Below are positions 39,238 to 48,274 of a stretch of 64,000 bases of DNA, one piece after another. The DNA is taken from NCBI GenBank assembly GCA_913049785.1, contig CAJWXP010000001.1, positions 7,447 through 71,446 on the forward strand. Reading direction: 5' to 3'. Below the pieces are notes generated by a model. The model had not been told where the DNA came from. It saw only the letters and a list, made by a program, of their open reading frames with translations, and searched no databases. Positions within the stretch are counted from its first letter, which is position 1. Each line of letters starts with the position of its first letter. The stretch is from an uncultured Dehalococcoidia bacterium (lineage in GTDB: Bacteria; Chloroflexota; Dehalococcoidia; Lucifugimonadales; UBA1127). The position numbers and the translations under genes were made by a program.

Positions 39238-39526
39238 ATGACCTACATTGATCCGGTTGAAGTATCTGGAGAAAACTACAAGCTGCTGTTGGAGAACGAT
39301 GCAGTTAAAGTGCTGGAAATGACTCTGAAGGCTGGCACCTCTGATATCGAGCACTCCCACCACATATTTCATCACCGGTGGCAAGGCGAAGGTCCATATT
39401 CCTGACGGCGGCTCTGCGGAGTTGGAGTTCCCTGACGGCTTTGTGATGTGGCATGAGGCATGGACCCACAGGGTTGAGAACGTGGGAACTACGGCCATCC
39501 GCGCCATCATCGTGGAGCCCAAGTAA
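39238..39526 (+). pseudogene. Small cupin-domain protein, frameshifted near 39360
   Basis: MTYIDP...YKLLLEND.VKVLEM...EHSH in one frame; TYFITGGKAKVH...MWHEAWTHRVENVG...IIVEPK* in another. Confidence 0.8.
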
Positions 39527-39562
39527 CCAGCAGAGGCATCAACGGCTAGCCCGAATTAACGA

Positions 39563-39595
39563 AGCACCCTCGCTAAGGCAGCGAGGGTGCTTTTT
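39563..39595 (+). terminator. Intrinsic terminator
   Basis: AGCACCCTCGCT-AAGGC-AGCGAGGGTGCT plus T-run. Confidence 0.8.
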
Positions 39596-39927
39596 GTGGC
39601 TTTGGGGGGCACTGGCACGATGTTAGCCTCAATATCTTGCTTTCCACCGATTAGGGTGAGTACAACCTTAAGGAAATCACACACATTTCACACCTTTATG
39701 GAATTATGGATTTCAAAGCGCCGTTGACAACTTGTTAATGGAGTGAGAAAGGGGTGAGGCGGCTTCACCGCAAAGAAGTAATCCTTTTCCATAATACGAT
39801 TCACCCCCTATAGCGATGCCGAATCATGCGTGGAGGCGATGTTCAGAGCCTGCTGTAGATATAGGCTGATTGTGTACTGATAAACAAGACATTAATGAGT
39901 CAGCCGAAGACAGCAGGAGAAAACGAG

Positions 39928-40689
39928 ATGAAGATTTTGACACGGATGGTTGCACTAGAACTGGTACTGGGGGCCACACTGATGGTCACAGTGTCCAGCC
40001 TCATGGCCGATTCCTCCGTTCAATTCAAGGTCTCTCCCGGCTGGACGCTCATCTCTGTCCCCTTCATCCAGGCAGACCCGGCCATAGACGCGGTCATCCC
40101 CGCAGACCAACCCATCGACGTAGTGATGGAGTGGGATGCCGAGGCAAGGATGTGGTACGTTGCTTGACGCAATGCCGCAACGGGGTTGTTCGAGGGTGAT
40201 GTGAAGACCATCCGCCCGGACACTGGGTACTTCATCTGGGCAACCGATGCAGCCACACTGAGATGGAAGCAGGCACAACCAGTCCCGGCCAGTTTCCAGG
40301 AGCCCACAGCCACACAGAAAGGGCTGAACCTGATCCCCGTGCTGTACGGCTCACGACCGAGCCCCTGGCCGTTGCTGCCGATGATTACCTGGACGGCGTT
40401 GATTGGGTGAAGGCCTTCACCTTCAGCCCGGCCACCGACAAGTGGACCACGGTGAAGCGTGGACAGACCATAGAGGTCGGCTACGGCTTCGATAACCCCT
40501 GCACCGGGGCGCCGGTAGTGCCCGCCCAACGTAGAAGCCGGCACGGAGCCCTGCCAGGCGACCGAGTACGGAGACCGGTACTTCAACAAGGTCTTCACAC
40601 CCCTGGACATCGTAGAGATTAAGGCACCACTGTTCTTGGGGAACGCCTACTGGCTCCACACCATGGATGACGGAGTAATCGTCCGATAA
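39928..40689 (+). pseudogene. Secreted/surface protein pseudogene (in-frame TGA 40165, frameshifts near 40350 and 40527)
   Basis: Signal-peptide-like N-terminus; duplicated GW(T/N)L(I)-type...GY(F/W) modules reconstructed across a stop and two frameshifts, ending GNAYWLHTMDDGVIVR*. Confidence 0.6.
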
Positions 40690-40705
40690 CCGAACAAGCT
40701 AACGG

Positions 40706-40742
40706 AAAAGAACCCTCTCATCAAGTGAGAGGGTTCTTTTTT
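40706..40742. terminator. Bidirectional terminator
   Basis: AAAAGAACCCTCTCA-TCAAG-TGAGAGGGTTCTTTT. Confidence 0.85.
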
Positions 40743-40762
40743 ATGTTTCGTATCAGCGGGTA

Positions 40763-42076
40763 TCAGGCCGGGGTGTACTCCGGGGAGTAGTTCGCCTTCT
40801 GGTAGAACTCCTTGTGCAAGGCAGTTCGCCAATCAACATCGGACGGGAGGATCTTTTCGATAGCACGCAGGTCATAGATGTTGGTACCTAGACCTGGAGG
40901 GTCGCCGCCGTCCTCTACTATCCTTGCGGCCTCCAGCATCATCTTTCGGGTCATGATGATGGCTCTGTCTGTGGTGCCAAGGTGCTCCTGCGTACGGTCA
41001 CAGATGGTGCCCATGCTCTCCTGCACGGCTCTGTCCTGGGTATTGATGCCGTTTATTCCCGTGAAATTCTTGGTGCGCTGCATCTCACGGTCAAGGAAGT
41101 AGTCGTTTCCAGCGTTGGCAATGGAGCGGAAGCCGTTTGCCGGGTCAATGTCCTTGTGCATCTCGTTGCCGCTGCCCTCTTGCTGCCGCTCGCCCTCCGT
41201 CAGCGGGACATCAGTGAAGCTGTAGGTGAAGTTCCAAACCATGGTGTTCTCATCGTCGACAGGCACCCATGCGTGGCCTGAGATGATGGGCTTCACATCG
41301 CCGCGGCCCGTTATCACTGAACCCAGTTGGGCCGCTCGTAGCTGATAGAAAGGCATGATGAAGTGGTATCCGCGCACGAAGTTGCCGCCATCGTCAGGCA
41401 TCGGCCGAATACCAGCGTAGGTGTAACCGAAATCGGTCGGCTGCACTTCAAGGGTGGCCGCTGCCGACTTCTTGATGGCCTCATCACGGGCCGAGATGCC
41501 GAACCCTGCCATCCTTCGATGGAGGAAGGTGCTGTGGACGGTGTCTATGCCGCCTTCCAACCCCTGAAGCCAACCGCAGGGCTGCAGGATTTTGTTCACG
41601 CCTCTGTGTGTGTCTGGCACCTGGGTCCACTCCATCTTAGGTAGTGGAGGAACGGACTCCTTGGGCCCCATGTAGAGCCAGATAACCTCGCCGAACTCAG
41701 CGGTCTGGTACGCGATGATCTTCACCTTGTCTTTGAAGTTACTTTCTGCGGGTTCTGAGGGCATATCGACGCAGTTGCCTTCGATATCGAACTTCCAGCC
41801 GTGGTAAACGCATCGCAGCCCACATTCCTCGTTGCGACCGAAGAATAAGCTTGCTCGACGATGCGGGCAGTATTTGTCGAGGACGCCCACGTTGCCATCG
41901 GTATCGCGAAAGGCGACCATGTCCTCGCCCAGAAGGCGCAGTCGAATCGGTGGGCAATCGGCTTCCGGGAGCTCCCAGGAGAGCATGGCAGGCATCCAGT
42001 ATCGCCGGAACAGGTTTCCGATAGGTGTGCCCGGCCCTACGTTGGCCAGTCGCTCGTTCTCTTCAGGTGTCAGCAT
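40763..42076 (-). CDS. Rieske non-heme iron oxygenase alpha subunit (phthalate 4,5-dioxygenase-like)
   Basis: MLTPEEN; CPHRR...CVYHGWKF; EGGIDTVHSTFLH; QDRAVQESMG. Confidence 0.9.
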   Translation of the reverse strand: MLTPEENERLANVGPGTPIGNLFRRYWMPAMLSWELPEADCPPIRLRLLGEDMVAFRDTDGNVGVLDKYCPHRRASLFFGRNEECGLRCVYHGWKFDIEGNCVDMPSEPAESNFKDKVKIIAYQTAEFGEVIWLYMGPKESVPPLPKMEWTQVPDTHRGVNKILQPCGWLQGLEGGIDTVHSTFLHRRMAGFGISARDEAIKKSAAATLEVQPTDFGYTYAGIRPMPDDGGNFVRGYHFIMPFYQLRAAQLGSVITGRGDVKPIISGHAWVPVDDENTMVWNFTYSFTDVPLTEGERQQEGSGNEMHKDIDPANGFRSIANAGNDYFLDREMQRTKNFTGINGINTQDRAVQESMGTICDRTQEHLGTTDRAIIMTRKMMLEAARIVEDGGDPPGLGTNIYDLRAIEKILPSDVDWRTALHKEFYQKANYSPEYTPA

Positions 42077-42087
42077 ATTTAGCCTCC

Positions 42088-42109
42088 CCAGGGCGAGCCC
42101 TGGACTCAT
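42088..42109 (-). promoter_or_regulatory. Palindromic box CCAGGG-N4-CCCTGG abutting the RBS of the Rieske gene
   Basis: Minus strand ATGAGTCCAGGGCTCGCCCTGG, near-identical to 5768-5790. Confidence 0.5.
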
Positions 42110-42176
42110 GTATCTGTGGGGCAGCAATGTAGCGCTGGCCACATTCTACACCACGTGAACCAACGCTGAACCGGCG

Positions 42177-43022
42177 TTACCCGATGGACTTTGCGTACGT
42201 GTCCAACAGGGGTAGCACGACGTCTCTCTCTGCAGCGGGAAGCGAGAATATTGCCCGCTCGACACCAGCCCCGCCGAGTCGTGCGATGTTCGCTTCGTCT
42301 GGTTGAGCACTGAACACAGATATAGAGATGGATGAGGGGTCACGGCCAGCCTCAGCCGTACGCTGCTTCAGGATTGCGATCTTCTCCGGCAGGTCTGGGC
42401 CTTCTGAGGGTCTACCCTGGATGGGCATCCAGCCATCGCAGAACTCTATGACACGATCGAAGGTGGTGGGGCCATCGCCTCCCATGATGACAGGCGGGTG
42501 GGGCTGCTGCAGCGGCTTGGGATACGCCCATATCTTATCGAAATCCACGAAGTCTCCGTGGAACTCCACCTATTCCTGGGTCCATATCTCCTTCATGGCC
42601 AATACCTTCTCTCGGAGCTGCCGGAACCTGGCCTTGAATGCGGTGTCGTGGTTCTCGATCTCCTCCACATTCCAACCCCCTCCGATGCCGAAGAGGAACC
42701 GGCCGCCGGAGAGTCGGTCGAGGCTGGCGATCTGTTTTGCCAACGTTAGCGGGTCATGCTGGATGATGAGGCAGATGCCTGTGGCAAGCTTCAGCGTGGT
42801 GGTAACGGCTGCCGCCGCTGTGAGGGCCACAAACGGGTCGTAGGTGTGCCAGTAATCCCTTGGCAGGTCCGGTCCACCAGGCCACGGCGTGTTGTGACTG
42901 GCGGGGATGTGCGTGTGCTCTGGCGACCAGTACGACTCGAATCCGCGATCCTCTAGTTCCTTTGCCAGCTCGTCCGGAAGTATGGCGTAGTCCGTTGGGA
43001 ACATGGTTACTCCGAAATCCAT
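42177..43022 (-). pseudogene. LLM-class F420-dependent oxidoreductase split by in-frame TAG (42570-42572)
   Basis: Track ORFs 42570-43022 and 42177-42569 abut in frame: ...KEIWTQE*VEFHGDFVDF...PKPLQQPHPP; EHTHIP, DPFVAL. Confidence 0.8.
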
Positions 43023-43046
43023 CTGACCCTTCCTGTGATGTTTGCC

Positions 43047-44048
43047 TTACTTAAAGTGTGGCATGACCTGTTCAGCTACAAGTCGCATGCAGTTGGCGGT
43101 CGGCTCTACACTCATGCCCGCCCACCGCATCCGCAGTCCCATGTGGGTGACGCCAAGGGCCTCGTATCGCTTCAGATCGGCGACTACATCCTCTACGCTC
43201 CCAACGATGAACCGATCTTTCGCCAGCTCCTCGAACGCGCTCGTGAAGGCTTGCTCGCCGTCCAAAGCCTGGTCCTGGCCCCATTGGGCGTAGGTCTCAT
43301 ATTTTCCAGCAAGGAATGGCTGGCATATGCGGATTGCTTCATCCCTGTTATCAGCTACAAAGAACTCTCTCAGTGCCGGCAGCGTCGTGACGTTACTGTG
43401 CCCTGCGTCCTTGAGCGCGGCGCGGTACATGGCCACCTGACGCTCCACTGTTGGGTAGTCGGCATGGTTGATGAGCCATGGATAGCCCAGCCGCCCCGCA
43501 CGCTCCACAGCTACGTCAGCGCTTGCGGCTATCCAGACAGGTGGCGACGGCTGCTGCACCGGGTTCAGGCCGATGTGTACATCAGAAAGCTGGAAGTGCT
43601 TACCGTTGTACGAGACTTTCTCCCCGGACCAGAGCAGCTTCATAACCTCTAGCGACTCGACCATGCGTGAGACGCGGTCTCCTCGTTTTACCCCGAAAGA
43701 GTCGTGCTCTTCCTCTCGATATCCTAGTGCGACGGCGAGGACTGCATGGCCGTTGGTGATGACGTCAAGGGATGCCACCTGCTCCGCTAGATCGACAGGG
43801 TTGTAGAGGGGTAGGACAGCCGTGAAGACCTGATCCATGCCCGGAGCCTCGGCAGCCAGTCGCCCCATCACCGGCAACGGCTGCAACATCTGGTATGGGT
43901 CACTCAGGTAGTGTTGACCTGCGTACACGTACGAGAACCCTAGCTCGTTTGCCAATCGCACCAGCCCTACCGCTTCTTCCAGGCTCTGTACCATGTCCGT
44001 GCCCTGGGGTTGTTGGAGCATGCCGGTCATTGAAAGTCCGAATTTCAA
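43047..44048 (-). CDS. LLM-class flavin-dependent oxidoreductase
   Basis: GQHYL, PLYNPVDLAEQVASLD, LGYREEE, PVQQPSPPVWIAA, FIVGS; TTG start with GGAG RBS. Confidence 0.9.
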   Translation of the reverse strand: MKFGLSMTGMLQQPQGTDMVQSLEEAVGLVRLANELGFSYVYAGQHYLSDPYQMLQPLPVMGRLAAEAPGMDQVFTAVLPLYNPVDLAEQVASLDVITNGHAVLAVALGYREEEHDSFGVKRGDRVSRMVESLEVMKLLWSGEKVSYNGKHFQLSDVHIGLNPVQQPSPPVWIAASADVAVERAGRLGYPWLINHADYPTVERQVAMYRAALKDAGHSNVTTLPALREFFVADNRDEAIRICQPFLAGKYETYAQWGQDQALDGEQAFTSAFEELAKDRFIVGSVEDVVADLKRYEALGVTHMGLRMRWAGMSVEPTANCMRLVAEQVMPHFK

Positions 44049-44223
44049 GCGATGTCTCCTCTTCTTCGTATCGGGTAGTCATTGCCGCAATTCGGCATTA
44101 CTATCGGCTTCCGATGTCATTTGTTAGAATTGGGCCATTAGGTTTACGGTTGGATGGAACCAGCACATCGGGCCACCAGGGCGTAAACGTCATTTAGTAG
44201 ACGCCCTTTAAAGGCGATTGATT

Positions 44224-45498
44224 ATGGATCAGGTAATCCACTGGCATGACAGCCCGTATCCAATGCTACTTCTGCTGGCAGGAGTAGCCACCTCTACGCT
44301 GACGTTTCTGGCCTGAAACCGTCGCAGCGCGCCTGGTGCGTACCCGCTCATTTTCCTTGGTCTGGGCGCTGCCATCTGGCAGGTGGCATTCGGTCTGGCC
44401 CTCTTCACTGATCCCAGCGAATTCCGAATCGTCCTGGCCAAAGTGCAATACATTGGGATTGTCATAGTGCCTACGGCATGGCTGACGTTCGCCATTCAGT
44501 ATACAGGCAGGAGAAACTGGCTCAACGCCAAGACTATCCCATTACTGGCGGTGATGCCTATCGCCATCCTTGCTTTGGTTTGGACCAATGGATCGCATCA
44601 TCTTATCTGGGCCACCATAGAGTTTGACGTTACCGGAGATCTGTCACTTCTGAACCTCACATATGGCAACGCATTCTGGGTACATACCGTGTACTCCTAC
44701 GTGGCAATGCTTGCCGGTATCCTGATTGTTGCTGAGGACATCTTCTACTCCCACTGCCTCTTCTGGCAGCAATCTGCGGCCATGCTGGTATCCGCGATTA
44801 CGCCGTGGGTTGCCAACTGGCTCTTCTTCATTGAAGCGGGCCCAGTGGAAAACCTTGACCCAACGCCTTTTGCCTTCCTGGCGAGCGTCGCTGTTCTTTG
44901 GTGGACCGTATACCGCGTTCGATTGCTAGACATAACTCCAGTGGCGTTGAAGGCGATCTTTGAGAATATCACGAGCGGGGTCATCGGCCTTGACGAGCTG
45001 GAACGGGTAGTAGCCTCCAACGAGGCAGCGAAGGCGATAGTCGGCCAGCCTGGTTTGGAGACGATAGGCCGCCCGCTTAAGGAAGTGTGGCCCAGCGGTG
45101 CTTCAATGCTGCATACGCAGGTGGGCGAGCCGACAACGTATCCAGACGTTGTGTTTGAGGATGAGCCGGAGGTTAGAGAGGTACAACGCCGGCTTTTGGA
45201 GAAAGACCCAAGGCTGACTGTGATCGGGGAGGCGTCGTCCGGCGAGGAGGCGTTGGAATCCGTTTGCAATATGGCTCCGGACGTGATCACTATGGATTTA
45301 CTGATGCCCGGAATGGACGGCCTTGAGGCCACACGTCGAATCAAGGACAGCTACCCGGATATCAAGGTGGTGGTGGTCAGCGCGTATGGCGGAGAGTACC
45401 TGCAGAGGAGCGTTGATACGGGCGCGGACGGGTACGTTCTTAAATCTCTAGCTTCAACTGCCCTTGCTGAAAGACTTCTAGAGGTGATGAAGCAGTAG
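44224..45498 (+). pseudogene. HisKA_7TM - PAS-like - receiver fusion, in-frame TGA at 44314, no kinase core
   Basis: ATG 44224 in frame: ...LTFLA*NRRSAPGA...; FAIQYTG, WTNGSHHLIW, LDPTPF, RLLDITPVA; receiver PDVITMDLLMPGMDGLEA...GADGYVLK. Confidence 0.7.
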
Positions 45499-45675
45499 CC
45501 ACAGGTTAGCGATTCCGAAGGAAAGGGCCCATCAAGCGATTCACACCCCAGTCTCCCCACAGCCTTTGAAGGCTATGTACCTACGAGGAATGGCTTTTGT
45601 TCTGTCTGAGACGTGCGACTCCTGCTGTATCGATGGCGATTCACTGCAACGTTAGTTCATTGGTATACTCTGCTC

Positions 45676-45960
45676 ATGATGTTTCAAGTGACAGAAGCGG
45701 CCCTGAAAGCGCTCTACAAGGGCCGAATCGATGCTGCTCACCCTGAGGGTGAAGCTATGCGGCTTATCAAAGAAGGCGATGGGTTTGGTTTCAAGTTGGG
45801 TGCTGCTCGACTCACAGACATGGTGTTTCAGCATGAAGGGCAGGATGTTCTTCTGGTGGCCTCGGTGTTGAATCGTACAATGGGCCATATGCGGTTGGAT
45901 ACAGTGACCAGGAACGGGAAGAACACTTTTGTGCTGAATGAGCAGCCCAGCAGTAAATGA
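45676..45960 (+). CDS. Small hypothetical protein (HesB/IscA-like fold, no Cys)
   Basis: FQVTEAA...MRL...DMVFQHEGQDVLLV pattern. Confidence 0.55.
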   Translation: MMFQVTEAALKALYKGRIDAAHPEGEAMRLIKEGDGFGFKLGAARLTDMVFQHEGQDVLLVASVLNRTMGHMRLDTVTRNGKNTFVLNEQPSSK

Positions 45961-45977
45961 GCAGGGTGGGGGGGAAG

Positions 45978-46053
45978 TGGTGGGCCGTCAGGGGCTCGAA
46001 CCCTGGACACCCGGATTAAAAGTCCGGTGCTCTGCCAACTGAGCTAACGGCCC
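45978..46053 (-). tRNA. tRNA-Lys(TTT)
   Basis: GGGCCGTTAGCTCAGTTGGCAGAGCACCGGACTTTTAATCCGGGTGTCCAGGGTTCGAGCCCCTGACGGCCCACCA: 76 nt cloverleaf, encoded CCA. Confidence 0.97.
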
Positions 46054-46170
46054 ACGGAAGGGATTGTAGCAAGAATTCCGGAAGTTGTCAGAAGATGGAA
46101 TTGTAAATCGTATTGAATCCATTTGTTATTCAATCGAAATACAATATAGTAAATCGAAATAAATCTATAT

Positions 46171-46767
46171 CTATCTCAAGAAGCCCAACACAGCGCTGAG
46201 GGTCTCAATACTAGGAAGCGGCCAGTAAGAAAACCATGCTTTGCCAACGATATTCTCTTGGGGTATCGGGCCCAGCCCTCGAGAGTCGTAGCTCGCCGAA
46301 CGATTGTCGCCGAGAACGAAATAAAACCCGGGCTGGACGAACACAGGGGCGAGATTGCTGGTATCCCGTTTGCCGAGATACGGTTCTTCAAGGAGGTTGC
46401 CGTTGACATAAACAACACCAAACTTCATCTCTACTGTGTTGCCGGGAACTCCAATGATGCGCTTAACGAAGTCTCTGGTGGGATCGGTTGGTTCATGGAA
46501 AACGATCACATCGCCCTGTTCCGGAGGATGGAATGGAAAGATCCAGCGTCTGATGTTGGGAGTAACCTGGCCGTTCACCGTTTCTTCGGACTGGAAAGGA
46601 ATGGGCTCATACACTAACTTGTTCACCAGAAGGTATTGGCCATGAGTCAGGGTAGGGTCCATGCTGATACCCTCGACGCGGAAGTTCTGCACGCTGGCTT
46701 GCAGGATCAGGAATACGGCCAACGCTAAAAGAACTGTTTCTAACGATTCAAAAAGAAACCCGCGCAC
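46171..46767 (-). CDS. lepB: Signal peptidase I
   Basis: VEGISMDPTL (Ser), DFVKRIIG (Lys), FVLGDNRSASYDSR; GTG start inferred. Confidence 0.93.
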   Translation of the reverse strand: MRGFLFESLETVLLALAVFLILQASVQNFRVEGISMDPTLTHGQYLLVNKLVYEPIPFQSEETVNGQVTPNIRRWIFPFHPPEQGDVIVFHEPTDPTRDFVKRIIGVPGNTVEMKFGVVYVNGNLLEEPYLGKRDTSNLAPVFVQPGFYFVLGDNRSASYDSRGLGPIPQENIVGKAWFSYWPLPSIETLSAVLGFLR

Positions 46768-46925
46768 TATCCTTGCCTCATTTGGATTGCCTCTTCCACT
46801 ATAACGATTAAACACTGATAATGTGTAGCAGTAGTATTACGGTCCAAGGAAAATCTATTTGTCATAAATGACCGCAGTTCTTTATTATGTTATACTGCGT
46901 CCACTTTGACTATGGCAGGTAAGCC

Positions 46926-47504
46926 ATGGATGAACAAACGCTTTTGCAGGCCAGCAAAGACGGCGATGCCGAAGCCTACAACAGTCTGGTGCTCCAGTAT
47001 CAGACATCGATCTACAACGTAGCTCTTCGCATGGTGGGGGAAACCGCCGTGGCGGAGGACATTGCCCAAGAAACATTTGTTTCTGCGTATCGTGCCCTCC
47101 ATACGTTTGCAGCGGGAAACTTCCGAGCCTGGCTTTTCCGCATCGCCACCAACGCCTGCCGCGATCACCTGCGCTCCGCCCATGTCAGACGCAATACCTC
47201 ACTCGACCTCTTGGTGGAGAACCCCACGTTCAGCGTCGCCAGTGACGAAGAATCCCCAGAGGACTATACGGTTCGCCGTGAGTTGTCGAGTTTCATCCAA
47301 CAATCTCTGACCAGATTGCCTGAAGACCAACGCGTGGTCCTGATTTTAGTTGACATCCAGGCCTTCAGTTACGAGGAAGCAGCTCAGATCCTGAAGACTC
47401 CAGTTGGGACAGTGAAGTCGAGGCTCAGCCGTGCACGAGAGGCCATGCGGGCGACGCTCTCGACCCAACGGGAACTTTTACCTGGGCAATTCCGTTCTGG
47501 TTAG
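46926..47504 (+). CDS. ECF RNA polymerase sigma factor
   Basis: AEDIAQETF, FRAWLFRIATN, SYEEAAQIL..PVGTVKSRLSRAR. Confidence 0.93.
   Translation: MDEQTLLQASKDGDAEAYNSLVLQYQTSIYNVALRMVGETAVAEDIAQETFVSAYRALHTFAAGNFRAWLFRIATNACRDHLRSAHVRRNTSLDLLVENPTFSVASDEESPEDYTVRRELSSFIQQSLTRLPEDQRVVLILVDIQAFSYEEAAQILKTPVGTVKSRLSRAREAMRATLSTQRELLPGQFRSG
47471..47496 (+). promoter_or_regulatory. ECF-type promoter embedded in the 3' end of the sigma gene
   Basis: GGAACT-N16-CGTT, 21 nt upstream of the anti-sigma ATG. Confidence 0.6.
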
Positions 47505-47517
47505 TGGAGGATAGATA

Positions 47518-48180
47518 ATGAAGCTCTTTTCACGAAGCTCAGTGGATGGTCACATTTCTCAGGAAATAGTTTCCGCTTTTCTTGATGGTGCGCTCAGCAC
47601 GAAAGAGATGAGCAGGGTTGACCATCATATGACATCGTGTGAAGTCTGCGTCCAGGAAGCAGACGAGCTACGTTCCGTGGTAAGCGTCCTCCGTGCGATG
47701 CCCACCGTTCCCGCACCCAGGAGCTTCGCCATCCCCGTGCCCGCCAGGGCATGGGTACCGGAGCCTTCCCGCCCATGGTGGTCACCTGTACCTCTGGTGG
47801 GCCTACGTGCCGCAGCCGCTGGAGCAGCCATTGCACTGGCGATTGTGTTCGCCGGGGACCTCTCTGGAAACCTTGGCTCCTCTCCTGACGTGCCGATTCA
47901 GGTCGGACTGGCAGAGCCCGCTGCTGTGATCATCAGTGGAACCCCAGCAGGCGCTGAGAAGTCCTTGCCGTTGGGTGAGGATATCGTTGTGGATGCTGGA
48001 ACATCAGCCGCCGTTGAGAACACTGCCGATACATTCAGCTCAGCTGACATCCAGCCAAGCCTTGTAACGGATGACGGGTTCTCGTTGGGCCTCTGGCCAC
48101 TAGAACTAGGTCTGTTGATCCTAGTAGTGGCGCTTGGTGGCTTTAACTTCATCCTTCGCCGCCGTTCTTCCTCCCTGTAA
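47518..48180 (+). CDS. Zinc-finger (ZAS, HxxxCxxC) membrane anti-sigma factor
   Basis: SAFLDGAL...HMTSCEVC; two hydrophobic segments. Confidence 0.88.
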   Translation: MKLFSRSSVDGHISQEIVSAFLDGALSTKEMSRVDHHMTSCEVCVQEADELRSVVSVLRAMPTVPAPRSFAIPVPARAWVPEPSRPWWSPVPLVGLRAAAAGAAIALAIVFAGDLSGNLGSSPDVPIQVGLAEPAAVIISGTPAGAEKSLPLGEDIVVDAGTSAAVENTADTFSSADIQPSLVTDDGFSLGLWPLELGLLILVVALGGFNFILRRRSSSL

Positions 48181-48199
48181 TCCTCTGTAACCTCTTCTG

Positions 48200-48225
48200 G
48201 GAACCTAAAACCTCCTGCCGTCGTC
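48200..48225 (+). promoter_or_regulatory. ECF-type promoter upstream of SIMPL gene
   Basis: GGAACC-N16-CGTC. Confidence 0.65.
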
Positions 48226-48274
48226 CTTTGTCGTGAAGGGGACATCCCCAAACAACATTGCAGGAGGCATCATC

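Noticed and set aside
42570-42572. Pyrrolysine/amber recoding in the LLM gene
   Set aside because: The position fits Glu (one change from GAG), TAG is a normal stop in many genes here, and no pyl genes are in the window
34451-44316. Genome-wide UGA=Trp recoding to explain TGA at probable Trp positions (34451, 44314)
   Set aside because: TGA clearly ends intact genes here (e.g. 13778 and 57598 in ATGA overlaps, 32192) and TGG is used for Trp throughout
34451-44316. Selenocysteine at TGA 34451, 40165 or 44314
   Set aside because: No redox or Cys-like context, only weak downstream hairpins, and two of these genes show other signs of decay
45978-46170. Prophage or ICE integrated at tRNA-Lys
   Set aside because: No integrase, phage genes or visible att duplication; the AT-rich stretch is the tRNA promoter region
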